Shown: positions 42,701 through 50,528 of the stretch, piece by piece
How positions within the stretch are numbered: the first letter of the stretch is position 1
Layout of the letters: the number at the start of each line of letters is the position of its first letter
Source: an uncultured Candidatus Saccharibacteria bacterium
GTDB taxonomy: Bacteria; Patescibacteriota; Minisyncoccia; Phycocordibacterales; EsbW-18
DNA: 64,000 bases
Assembly (NCBI GenBank): GCA_964520295.1
Contig: CAZFMQ010000002.1
Span: 50,379-114,378, forward strand
Reading direction: 5' to 3'
Translations under genes and position numbers: made by a program
Notes under the pieces: generated by a model
What the model saw: the letters and a program-made list of their open reading frames with translations, nothing else
Databases searched by the model: none
Told to the model about the DNA's origin: nothing

Positions 42701-42922
42701 GTAGAAGATGTCCGCCCTATTCTGACAAAAAAAGGTGATCGCATGGCATTTGTGCGCCTCTCTGATTACACAGGCACACTTGAGGTAGTATTGTTCCCCG
42801 AAGCGTACGAGACCTATAAACTGATTGTAGAACCAGGCACATGTATCGGCGTGAAAGGTAAACTTTCATCGCGCAATGGCGAAATCTCAATCATTGCTGA
42901 CAAAATAAAAACACTGGTATAA
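39731..42922 (+). CDS. dnaE: DNA polymerase III alpha subunit
   Basis: PHP HLHTHS, RGSVAGS, PDIDLD, KFDFLGL, YGFNKAHA, OB fold. Confidence 0.97.
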   Translation: MSQGFVHLHTHSHFSLLSALPRIPELVARAKELGMPALALTDNGNLYGAIEFYKTCTKAGIKPIIGVDFYLAARTRHDREAGIDSKRERLILLAKNYSGYENLIKLVTYSHLEGFYYKPRVDQELLEKYNDGLLAIIPAFNGAIGNALSLGDTQRAHDTLSLYRTLYGNDNVYLEITAHPEIDGHTERMQRIRAFARETNTSLVASNDVQYLTPTDASARRTLLSVQSHGDGWRNSFSNAEADFSFTTTERMAELFADTPDALTNTLTIAEQCAVEIPIGSWMFPTFPIPDGATYATELERKVHEGVTWRGITPTDEIKQRIAFELNTIIEKGYAPYFLVVGDLLRYAHENKILTNTRGSVAGSLVSYVLGITTVNPIEYQLPFERFLNPLRPSPPDIDLDIADNRRDEMIAYARQKYGTDNVAQIGTFGTMMARGSVRDTGRALGYDVATADRIAKLIPFGSQGFPMSIDRALEEEPDFKKLYESDEDTRAIVDMARKIEGCARHISVHAAGVVISPVPLEDIVPTQWDPKGEGKLLTQYDMHAVEDIGLLKFDFLGLKNLAILAEAVKRVKKIYGQDIDVEAIPLDDAKTFDMLARGETLAVFQLSGDAMTQFLKELHPTSVHDINAMVALYRPGPMKNIPEYIARKHGRKAVTYYHPKMKEYLERSYGILVYQDDLLSTALTLAGYTWETVDKFRKAIGKKIPEEMAKQHDIFVEGCKTHSQMTEAQAEGLWALFEPFQGYGFNKAHAASYGRLAYQTAYMKAQYPTAYMAAVLSADAGDVDKISELIAGCKKMQIEVLPPDINESFGDFSVVTADTTDDGAEKIRFGLYSIKNFGEGIGTVIIEERKTNGAYASLEDFLSRINDRNLNKRSLEALIQSGSLDRFGERGQLLANIETLLLFNKEATTHGKAQESLFGSAGPFLSHLTLAPADPAPQEQKLRWEKDLLGLYISGHPLDKHKTVLESAGTTIEKIKGMQANTTSVAYGLVEDVRPILTKKGDRMAFVRLSDYTGTLEVVLFPEAYETYKLIVEPGTCIGVKGKLSSRNGEISIIADKIKTLV

Positions 42923-42953
42923 AAAAAACGCCTCGGTGATTACACCGAGGCGT
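42921..42953 (-). terminator. Terminator of unit 4 overlapping its stop codon
   Basis: On minus: ACGCCTCGGTG-TAAT-CACCGAGGCGT then T run. Confidence 0.75.
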
Positions 42954-43533
42954 CAGCGGGAGTGGCGAGCAGATGCCACGCACTCCGATATCGCGACCAC
43001 TCCACCGTCGCGGGGCGACCGCCGGGGTGCACGATCCCGTGAATCTGCTCAAGCGATATGTAAAACCGCTTGAACATCATGCGCTCCTTATAATGCGCCA
43101 ACAGATCACTGCTGGGAATGACAAGAATCTCGTCGTTCCCATGCGCAGGATCGATGTGCACGATAGCGAATGCACACGTCTGTAGCGCTTCGCGTGTGAT
43201 GCCGAGCATCGCGTAGCGAATCTCGCCGGCAACGCGCGTGTCACGTACATGGTACGTGTGACAACGCATGCCATTGATATCCAGCAGACGACGCGAGACG
43301 CGAGACATGCGGTTGCCGTAGTGCACGACAACCTGCTCCAGCTTGAAGTGCTGCGCAGACGCTTCCTTCATAATGCGTCCGAACCATGCACGACCATCGA
43401 CGTTGTACCTCTTCGCCTTCGGTGACTTGGTCGCTGGCTTCTTGTCCACCTGAACCTGTGCCTCGGCCTGCTGGGCCTCGCGCAACCTCTGCGCTCGGCG
43501 TTCATTGAAGAACTTCTTCATTGCTCCGCCCAT
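42940..43533 (-). CDS. Hypothetical protein (197 aa)
   Basis: SD AAGGAGGAGG, GC-rich codons, own promoter TTGCCC-17-TATAGT (43605-43577) and terminator. Confidence 0.75.
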   Translation of the reverse strand: MGGAMKKFFNERRAQRLREAQQAEAQVQVDKKPATKSPKAKRYNVDGRAWFGRIMKEASAQHFKLEQVVVHYGNRMSRVSRRLLDINGMRCHTYHVRDTRVAGEIRYAMLGITREALQTCAFAIVHIDPAHGNDEILVIPSSDLLAHYKERMMFKRFYISLEQIHGIVHPGGRPATVEWSRYRSAWHLLATPADASV

Positions 43534-43619
43534 AGAACCTCCTCCTTTGAAAGAGCGTTTGTGAAATCCGCGGGAAACTATATACTACAAGGATATCAAG
43601 GGCAACCACGCTGTTATAT

Positions 43620-45371
43620 ATGAGCAAAAAAACTCCAGAAGATCTTTCCGCACTTCGGCACACGCTTGCGCACCTATTAGCTGCTGCCACACTCAAGCAT
43701 CATCCCGATGCAAAACTCACACTTGGTCCGAGCATAGATAACGGCTTCTACTACGATATTCAATTTGATACCCCACTCAAAGATGAGGATCTTGCACCTA
43801 TAGAAAAGACGATGCGCGAGATGCTTCCTTCATGGACAGCGTTCACTCATGAGGAAGTATCACAAGAAGAGGCACATGCACGCTTTGAAGGTAATCCGTT
43901 CAAACAAGAGCTCATCGAAGAAATCGCACAGCGCAATGAATCAATTACGTTGTATACCTGTGGAGCATTCACCGACTTATGTCGTGGCGGTCACGTAGAA
44001 CATCCTGCAAAAGACATTGATCCAAGTGCGTTTGAACTCTCACACGTCGCGGGTGCCTACTGGCGCGGTAATGAGAAGAATCCGATGCTTACCCGCATCT
44101 ACGGTCTCGCATTTTCATCTAAAGAAGACCTAGATGCATACAAAACACAGATTGAAGAAGCGAAGAAGCGCGATCACAAAAAACTAGGTCGCGAGCTAGA
44201 TATATTCGTATTTTCGGACTTGGTTGGTAGTGGTTTACCACTCTGGACACCAAAAGGAACCATGCTACGCAATCTACTTGATGATTTTGTATGGGAACTC
44301 CGCAGTGCACGTGGCTATCAACGCGTAGAAATACCACACATCACGAAAAAAGACCTCTACGAAAAAAGTGGCCACTGGGCAAAGTTTCAAGATGAACTCT
44401 TCAAAATAACAACACGTGAGGGGCACTTGTTTGCCATGAAGCCAATGAACTGCCCACACCACACGCAAATTTACGACCGAAAGCAGTGGAGTTATCGCGA
44501 GTTGCCTCAACGCTATGCAAACACCACGATGTGCTATCGTGATGAGCAAAGCGGTGAACTTTCAGGACTTTCACGCGCACGAAGCTTCACACAAGATGAC
44601 GCGCATGTCTTTTGTCGTCTAACACAAACAAAAGAAGAGTTTCTCAAGGTATGGGATATCATCCACGAATTTTATGGCGTGTTTGGGTTTGCGCTGTCGG
44701 TGCGTCTTTCAACACATGACCCAGAACATCCTGAAAAATACCTCGGTGATACTGCACGCTGGGAAACAGCAGAAGATATGCTTCGTGAAATTATTGATGA
44801 AAAAGGAGTTACCGCACTTCCCGGTATCGGCGAAGCGGCATTTTATGGTCCAAAATTGGACTTCATGGCCAACGACTCACTTGGACGTCAGTGGCAAGTC
44901 GCAACCATTCAACTAGACATGAACATGCCTGAGAACTTTGATCTCTCATGCGTCAATGAACAGGGTGTAAAAGAACGTATCGTGATGATTCACGCGGCTA
45001 TCATGGGCTCCATTGAACGCTTCATGTCTATTCTCATAGAACACACCGCCGGTGCATTCCCCACTTGGCTCTCGCCGGTGCAAGTGTCAGTCATTCCTGT
45101 GTCTGAAAAACATGTAGCATACGCACAAACGGTCGCCGATGCACTCAAAGACGCGAACGTTCGTGTACTGCTTGATACTTCAAACGAGATGCTCGGCAAA
45201 AAAATCCGCGCATGGAAAACAGAAAAAACACCGTACGCCATTGTTATTGGTGATAAAGAAATTGAAAGCAACACACTCTCCGTTGAACACCGTTCAGGTA
45301 CAAAAGAAACGATGCCACTATCGACATTCCTTGAAAAACTACAGAAAGAGATTACTGAACGTCTGCAGTAA
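43620..45371 (+). CDS. thrS: Threonine--tRNA ligase (no N-terminal TGS domain)
   Basis: DLCRGGH, GAYWRG, RDHKKLG, KPMNCPHH, AAFYGPKLD, GSIERF. Confidence 0.97.
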   Translation: MSKKTPEDLSALRHTLAHLLAAATLKHHPDAKLTLGPSIDNGFYYDIQFDTPLKDEDLAPIEKTMREMLPSWTAFTHEEVSQEEAHARFEGNPFKQELIEEIAQRNESITLYTCGAFTDLCRGGHVEHPAKDIDPSAFELSHVAGAYWRGNEKNPMLTRIYGLAFSSKEDLDAYKTQIEEAKKRDHKKLGRELDIFVFSDLVGSGLPLWTPKGTMLRNLLDDFVWELRSARGYQRVEIPHITKKDLYEKSGHWAKFQDELFKITTREGHLFAMKPMNCPHHTQIYDRKQWSYRELPQRYANTTMCYRDEQSGELSGLSRARSFTQDDAHVFCRLTQTKEEFLKVWDIIHEFYGVFGFALSVRLSTHDPEHPEKYLGDTARWETAEDMLREIIDEKGVTALPGIGEAAFYGPKLDFMANDSLGRQWQVATIQLDMNMPENFDLSCVNEQGVKERIVMIHAAIMGSIERFMSILIEHTAGAFPTWLSPVQVSVIPVSEKHVAYAQTVADALKDANVRVLLDTSNEMLGKKIRAWKTEKTPYAIVIGDKEIESNTLSVEHRSGTKETMPLSTFLEKLQKEITERLQ

Positions 45372-45873
45372 GTGTTTGCGCAATATGCGCTACGAGCCCA
45401 TCGAGATCAAACCCGCGCTCTGCCTCACAGGCAGAGCGCTCTGGCATATCGTAATTCGCACACTGCGGCATACGCGTTGAAAAAGTGAAAATCGCCGTAC
45501 GTGCAGTATCTACTGCTGTCGCATACGCATACTGCGTATACACACTTCCTGCCGCACCTTCTTGCATTTCTGTTACACAAAACTCACGCCCTCCAATGGT
45601 ACGCTTTTCGGTCTTGCCCGCTCGTTCAATGACAGAGCCCGCTTCCACACACGTCAATGGTCCATTGAGCACCTGCAATTGTGGTGGCCAATCAAATGCA
45701 GTGAGGTACGTCGTTCCAAATGTATCTGGATAATAGAACTGCATACTCGACGGCACATCATGCACCACCGACCACTCCTCTGGAATCTCTACACTCGCGC
45801 GGTCGCGCGCAACCCATACTACACATGCAAGAACAGCACAGATAAGTATGAATGTGAGTGCAGATTTCTTCAT
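45352..45873 (-). CDS. Membrane-anchored or secreted hypothetical protein
   Basis: N-terminal signal/TM, several Cys, EGAAGS.Y motif. Confidence 0.7.
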   Translation of the reverse strand: MKKSALTFILICAVLACVVWVARDRASVEIPEEWSVVHDVPSSMQFYYPDTFGTTYLTAFDWPPQLQVLNGPLTCVEAGSVIERAGKTEKRTIGGREFCVTEMQEGAAGSVYTQYAYATAVDTARTAIFTFSTRMPQCANYDMPERSACEAERGFDLDGLVAHIAQTLTADVQ

Positions 45874-45876
45874 GCT

Positions 45877-46326
45877 CTATGCGATGTCCTTAAAGACGTT
45901 GTGTTCAAATGTCCACAGCAATGTAAATGCAAGCAGCGTCAGGATGGCTGTTGCAATTGCAATTGTGTACAAACCCAGTGCGCACGCAACACCAATACCT
46001 GCTGATACCCACAATCCTGCCGCGGTGGTCAAACCGATAAGTGTTTCCCCACGCATAATGATGGCACCTGCACCCAAAAAGCCGATACCGGTAACAACAC
46101 CTGCAACGACGCGCATAATGTCAGGACCCGATACACCAAGCGTCTCCGTAACTGCCAAGCTCACTATGACAAAGAGACATGAACCCATTGATACCAGTCC
46201 GAATGTGCGCAACCCTGCTGTTTTTCCTGCACGCGAACGTTCAAGTCCTACGAGTACGCCAAGTGTCAGTGCAATGAGTAATCGTATAATGTGCGTATCA
46301 TTGAGAAATGCGAGAAATGTTTCCAT
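45877..46326 (-). CDS. MgtC/SapB family membrane protein
   Basis: GLER, AGLRTF, GIGFLGAG, GLTTAAGLW. Confidence 0.92.
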   Translation of the reverse strand: METFLAFLNDTHIIRLLIALTLGVLVGLERSRAGKTAGLRTFGLVSMGSCLFVIVSLAVTETLGVSGPDIMRVVAGVVTGIGFLGAGAIIMRGETLIGLTTAAGLWVSAGIGVACALGLYTIAIATAILTLLAFTLLWTFEHNVFKDIA

Positions 46327-46330
46327 ATAA

Positions 46331-46346
46331 TATATATATATATATA
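46331..46346. repeat. (TA)8 microsatellite directly upstream of the mgtC-like start
   Basis: TATATATATATATATA read directly. Confidence 0.9.
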
Positions 46347-46361
46347 CTATCTAAAAAATTA

Positions 46362-47189
46362 TTATATACACAAACGTTGCGCTTCTGCGATAACTGCGTC
46401 CACTTTCTTACCCGTAATACCTGCATGTTCCAATACATTTGGATTGCTCGTAATATCTTTACACAGTACGATACCGCGTTGATACATTGCCTCACGTTCC
46501 TTTTGCCCAAGTGATGTCAAACATGAGAGTGGGTGCAATTTTGTCTCTTCAATCAAATCCTGCAAATTACCTTTTTGTGGATATCCCCACCCCACCAAGG
46601 TCATGTGTGAACAGGCCCCAAATGCAATCGCATTTTCCGTAAACTTTGTGTTAGTAACTAACCACGACGAACACGTACCACCTGGAGGACATAGCCCATC
46701 ATAGTGATTATCACGCAAGTCATTCATGCGCGCATGGATGTAGAGAGCCACCTTCACGTCTGTTTTGAAACCTTGCGCATTATGGAACTTTGCTTCCACG
46801 AGAATAAGCTCTTTCTGATTGCGAGCGACCACATCTATTTCGTGCGACACACACTTTCCGCGTAATGTGGTGCCCACCTGTGTTTGATACCCCTTACTGC
46901 GAAACATCTCGCCGAGTAACTGTTCGAAGGGAAAACCAGATGGCCCTAACTCAAGCACTGCGCGGCGCAATGAGTACCGAGCGGCAATCGGTGCGCGCGA
47001 TGATTTACGCAACAATTTGAGTGCGTGTTTATAGATGCGCGACGTGGACATACCGTCCGTCACCTCTTTTTCAATCGTGGTAACAATATCACGCACAACC
47101 TCCTCAGATGCGCCGACACGTCGGAGTGATTCTGCCAACTTTTCAGGTTCAAACGCTTCAACAGTTCCGTCCAATTTCGTAATGAGCAT
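46362..47189 (-). CDS. ATP-cone plus Mrr-like restriction-endonuclease-fold protein
   Basis: ITKLDGTVEAFEPEKL..SL (ATP-cone); FEQLLGEMF...GY, HEIDVVA, LVEAKF. Confidence 0.8.
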   Translation of the reverse strand: MLITKLDGTVEAFEPEKLAESLRRVGASEEVVRDIVTTIEKEVTDGMSTSRIYKHALKLLRKSSRAPIAARYSLRRAVLELGPSGFPFEQLLGEMFRSKGYQTQVGTTLRGKCVSHEIDVVARNQKELILVEAKFHNAQGFKTDVKVALYIHARMNDLRDNHYDGLCPPGGTCSSWLVTNTKFTENAIAFGACSHMTLVGWGYPQKGNLQDLIEETKLHPLSCLTSLGQKEREAMYQRGIVLCKDITSNPNVLEHAGITGKKVDAVIAEAQRLCI

Positions 47190-47206
47190 GTGTATATCGT
47201 AGCATA

Positions 47207-48271
47207 CTACGATGCCACACTCACCACACCACCGCCGATAACTTCTGTGTCGCGGTACAACACAAGCGATTGTCCGACCGTAACTGCTTTCTGTGTTTCT
47301 AAAAACTGTACAGTGTTCGTCTCTGCATCAAACGTACATGGCGCAAGCACCTGACGATATCGAAAACGCGCTGTATAAGCACCGCTCTCTGGTGGTACAT
47401 GTGCAATCCAGTGCACCTGCTCAAGCACAACGTTGCGTATTGAAAATGCATCGGATGTTTTGAAGTGTTGCGATACGGTCAACGTATTTGCCTGCACATC
47501 TTTTGCCACAACATAAAACGCACCGTCATCAGGACGCTTATCTGTAACTGTAAATCCATGCCGTTGTCCGAGTGTGTAGAGCAACGCGCCTTCATGCGTG
47601 CCAATAACACGGCCTTCTGTATCCATCACATTCCCCGATTCCACGGAAATAAATCGTTTCAAAAACTCTTTCATGTCTACCTGACCCAAAAAGCACACGC
47701 CTTGACTGTCTTTTTTATCAGCAACTGACAATCCAAACTCCTGCGCGAGCTCGCGAACTTTTTTCTTTTCAAATGCACCCACCGGAAACAGTACATGCTG
47801 GAGTGTCTCTTGTGGAATGCGCCACAAAAAATATGATTGATCCTTTTGCCCATCAACACCTGCGTGCAACTGCGCCTTACCGTCTGCGCCAATGACGGTG
47901 CGTGCGTAATGCCCTGTCGCCACAAAATCTGCACCCTGTTCTCGTGCTGCAGCAAAAAAAGCACCGAATTTGATTTTGTCATTGCACATCACATCAGGAT
48001 TCGGCGTTCGCCCCTGTGCGTATTCAGCAAGCATGTAATCCACCACCTCTCGCTTGTACTCCGCCTCCAAGTCAATCGTATGAAATGGAATGCCAAGCTG
48101 TGCACACACATCCATTGCATCACGACGCTCATCACGCCACGTGCACTCCAAAAACGGCGGGTGCCACGTTTTGATAAACACACCCACCACATCGTACCCT
48201 TCTTGTTTCAGCAATGCGGCAGCGACCGAGCTATCCACACCACCTGACATGGCAACAAATACCTTCTGCAT
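47207..48271 (-). CDS. mnmA: tRNA-specific 2-thiouridylase
   Basis: AMSGGVDSS, TPNPDVMCN, ATGHYA, KDQSYFL, DSQGVCF, TLGQR. Confidence 0.97.
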   Translation of the reverse strand: MQKVFVAMSGGVDSSVAAALLKQEGYDVVGVFIKTWHPPFLECTWRDERRDAMDVCAQLGIPFHTIDLEAEYKREVVDYMLAEYAQGRTPNPDVMCNDKIKFGAFFAAAREQGADFVATGHYARTVIGADGKAQLHAGVDGQKDQSYFLWRIPQETLQHVLFPVGAFEKKKVRELAQEFGLSVADKKDSQGVCFLGQVDMKEFLKRFISVESGNVMDTEGRVIGTHEGALLYTLGQRHGFTVTDKRPDDGAFYVVAKDVQANTLTVSQHFKTSDAFSIRNVVLEQVHWIAHVPPESGAYTARFRYRQVLAPCTFDAETNTVQFLETQKAVTVGQSLVLYRDTEVIGGGVVSVAS

Positions 48272-48327
48272 GTGCACCAACATACCACAGACCATTGACG
48301 CCCGCCCACTGCGCGATACTATACGTG

Positions 48328-48446
48328 TAGATTTTGTACGTGGGAGCCGAACTCACCCCCAGCGCATCCGCGCTACCCGTATTCGGTTCCTTTACCCCCT
48401 CTGGCGTCCATCTCCCACCCCCCTCCGCGCCAGAGGGTCTTTTTTT
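48328..48446 (+). ncRNA. Candidate small RNA with C-rich loops
   Basis: TTGACG-16-TACTAT promoter (48295-48322); stem GGAGCCGAA/TTCGGTTCC; terminator stem CCCTCTGGCG/CGCCAGAGGG plus T7. Confidence 0.55.
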
Positions 48447-48471
48447 ACGCTATACTATAGATATAAGCAGT

Positions 48472-48972
48472 ATGAAAAAAATTGTACAAGTAGGACACAA
48501 AACATTGCGTGCAAAGGCGAAGCCGGTGGCACTCAAAGATATCAGCGGCACACGCATACAAAAAGTGCTCGCAGACATGAAAGAGGCGCTTGCGCGTGAA
48601 GATGACGGTGTGGCAATCGCCGCACCACAAATTGCCGTTTCGTTGCGAATTTTTGTCGTATCAGGAAAAGTATTTCCAAAAAACACGGACGTGGATCGTG
48701 TGTTCATCAATCCCACCATCGTCAACATGTCGCAAGAGCGTGAATGGTTGGAAGAGGGATGTTTGTCAGTGCGTTGGAAATACGGCGAAATCTCTCGTGC
48801 TGAAAAAGCAACCGTTAGTGCATACGATGAACACGGTACGCAATTTACGCTCGGCGCATCGGGATTGCTTGCACAAATCTTCCAGCACGAAATTGACCAT
48901 CTTGATGGCACACTCTTTATAGACAATGCGCGCAACGTGCGTGATATTCCACCACCTGATGACAATGACTAA
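48472..48972 (+). CDS. def: Peptide deformylase
   Basis: GVAIAAPQI, EGCLSV, QHEIDHLDG. Confidence 0.96.
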   Translation: MKKIVQVGHKTLRAKAKPVALKDISGTRIQKVLADMKEALAREDDGVAIAAPQIAVSLRIFVVSGKVFPKNTDVDRVFINPTIVNMSQEREWLEEGCLSVRWKYGEISRAEKATVSAYDEHGTQFTLGASGLLAQIFQHEIDHLDGTLFIDNARNVRDIPPPDDND

Positions 48973-49834
48973 TCCGCACAATCCTCGTTTCGTTTTTTTT
49001 GGCACACCCGATATTGCTGTTGTGGCACTACAAACCCTGCATGACGCAGGTTTTATTCCTGCACTTATTATTACAGCGCCCGACGCGCGCGTCGGGCGCG
49101 GCCTCGTGCTGACACCATCACCAGCAGCACAGTGGGCAGAGCAACACGCTATCCCCACGCTCAAACCCACAAAACTCTCTGATCTTGCAGTTGCAGATAC
49201 ACTGCGCGCACAACAATTGGAATTGGGAATTGTTGTTGCATACGGAAAAATAATTCCAAAAACACTACTGGATATGCTACCTCGCGGCACGCTCAACATG
49301 CATCCTTCACTATTGCCCCGCCATCGCGGTCCATCGCCCATTGAATCGCAAATTTTGACCGAGACATCCGCACACGATGTTGGTGTGTCCATTATGCTTT
49401 TAGATGAACAAATGGATCACGGCCCTGTGCTCGCGCAAGAAGTTGTAGCTGACGAAATACCTACATGGCCTATGTCGGCCATTGACCTGCGCGCACTGGT
49501 TGCACGCCGTGGTGCACAAGTACTTACACGCACACTACCTGCGTACATAGATGGAACCATTACCCCAACACCACAAGATGACACGCAGGCGACATATTGC
49601 ACACTGATTGCAAAAGAAGATGCACATATTGATTTGCAAGACGACGCACTCACGAATTATCGCAAAATATGTGCGTACGCCGTGTGGCCGCGCGCATTCT
49701 TTTTTGCAGAAAAAAACGGAAAGCGCGTGCGTGTTGTTATCACGCACGCGCACCTAGACGACAACACGCTCATCATTGAGCGTGTTATTCCTGAAGGTAA
49801 AAAAGAAATGTCGTATAGCGACTTTATGCGCTAA
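48965..49834 (+). CDS. fmt: Methionyl-tRNA formyltransferase
   Basis: FFGTP, VVAYG, NMHPSLLPRHRGPSPI, MDHGP. Confidence 0.95.
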   Translation: MTNPHNPRFVFFGTPDIAVVALQTLHDAGFIPALIITAPDARVGRGLVLTPSPAAQWAEQHAIPTLKPTKLSDLAVADTLRAQQLELGIVVAYGKIIPKTLLDMLPRGTLNMHPSLLPRHRGPSPIESQILTETSAHDVGVSIMLLDEQMDHGPVLAQEVVADEIPTWPMSAIDLRALVARRGAQVLTRTLPAYIDGTITPTPQDDTQATYCTLIAKEDAHIDLQDDALTNYRKICAYAVWPRAFFFAEKNGKRVRVVITHAHLDDNTLIIERVIPEGKKEMSYSDFMR

Positions 49835-50210
49835 CATCGTCAGTGCCGCCCCCGATACGTCGCACGATATCTTTGAAAATACGTGCACCCTTGCGCCAAC
49901 CCGTCAAACGCTTTCCTTTTCGCTTGCGTAATTCGCCGAGCAAGTCTCCTTGTGCAATATCAATAGCGGCGTAGAGATCATCTTTTTGCGCCACAGCGCG
50001 CAACAGATCACCAGGAAGAGAGAGGTTAATTTCACATCTAAAAATATCTCCTGATTGATGATGGTGTGTTGTTTTGCCAATTTCTACATCTGCTTGCGTG
50101 GCAGTTTCAGAACCAATGAATTTCTCCACTGCTTGCAATTTATCTTCAACATACTGACGTAGTGCAGGAGTAAGTTCCATCCCTGTTGCTTTGAGTGCGA
50201 TATTGATCAT
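49824..50210 (-). CDS. hpf: Ribosome hibernation factor (HPF/RaiA)
   Basis: ELTPALRQYVEDKL, DLYAAID. Confidence 0.88.
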   Translation of the reverse strand: MINIALKATGMELTPALRQYVEDKLQAVEKFIGSETATQADVEIGKTTHHHQSGDIFRCEINLSLPGDLLRAVAQKDDLYAAIDIAQGDLLGELRKRKGKRLTGWRKGARIFKDIVRRIGGGTDDVSA

Positions 50211-50249
50211 ACGTGTAGAAAATTAGAACGAATATACATACAGTATAGC

Positions 50250-50285
50250 AAAAGAAAAAACACCGCACGCATAGCGTACGGTGTT
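50250..50285 (-). terminator. Terminator of unit 5
   Basis: On minus: AACACCGTACGC-TAT-GCGTGCGGTGTT then T-rich run. Confidence 0.75.
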
Positions 50286-50312
50286 GAGTGTCGAGGGGTA
50301 AGGCGGCGAAGT

Positions 50313-50528
50313 TCAGGCCGTGGTGGCTCTGAGCTCTCCACCGAACAGGTCGGCGGAGAAGAAGCGCGGGCGGCGCTTCTTCGGCTGCGCACCGGTGGGC
50401 GCGCCGAGGCAGGTGCAGGTGGCACCACGAGACGACGAGTTTGCCTCGTCGTCCTGCCGGCGGCGATCCCGCTGACAGGAGAAGCTCTTGTCGCAGTCGC
50501 GGCGGTAGAATTCCTTCTTGCTCGCCAT
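50313..50528 (-). CDS. Small basic Cys-containing hypothetical protein (71 aa)
   Basis: ATG with SD GAAAGGGG; very GC-rich third positions; promoter TTGACA-17-TACTGT at 50619-50591. Confidence 0.6.
   Translation of the reverse strand: MASKKEFYRRDCDKSFSCQRDRRRQDDEANSSSRGATCTCLGAPTGAQPKKRRPRFFSADLFGGELRATTA

Noticed and set aside
4897-42922. Inteins or introns in nrdJ, rpoB, rpoC or dnaE
   Set aside because: Lengths are normal or short and no intein splicing motifs or frame breaks were seen
48334-48471. N-terminal extension of Def predicted by the ORF track
   Set aside because: The region is better explained as a structured RNA with a terminator; Def homology begins at MKKIVQVG (48472)
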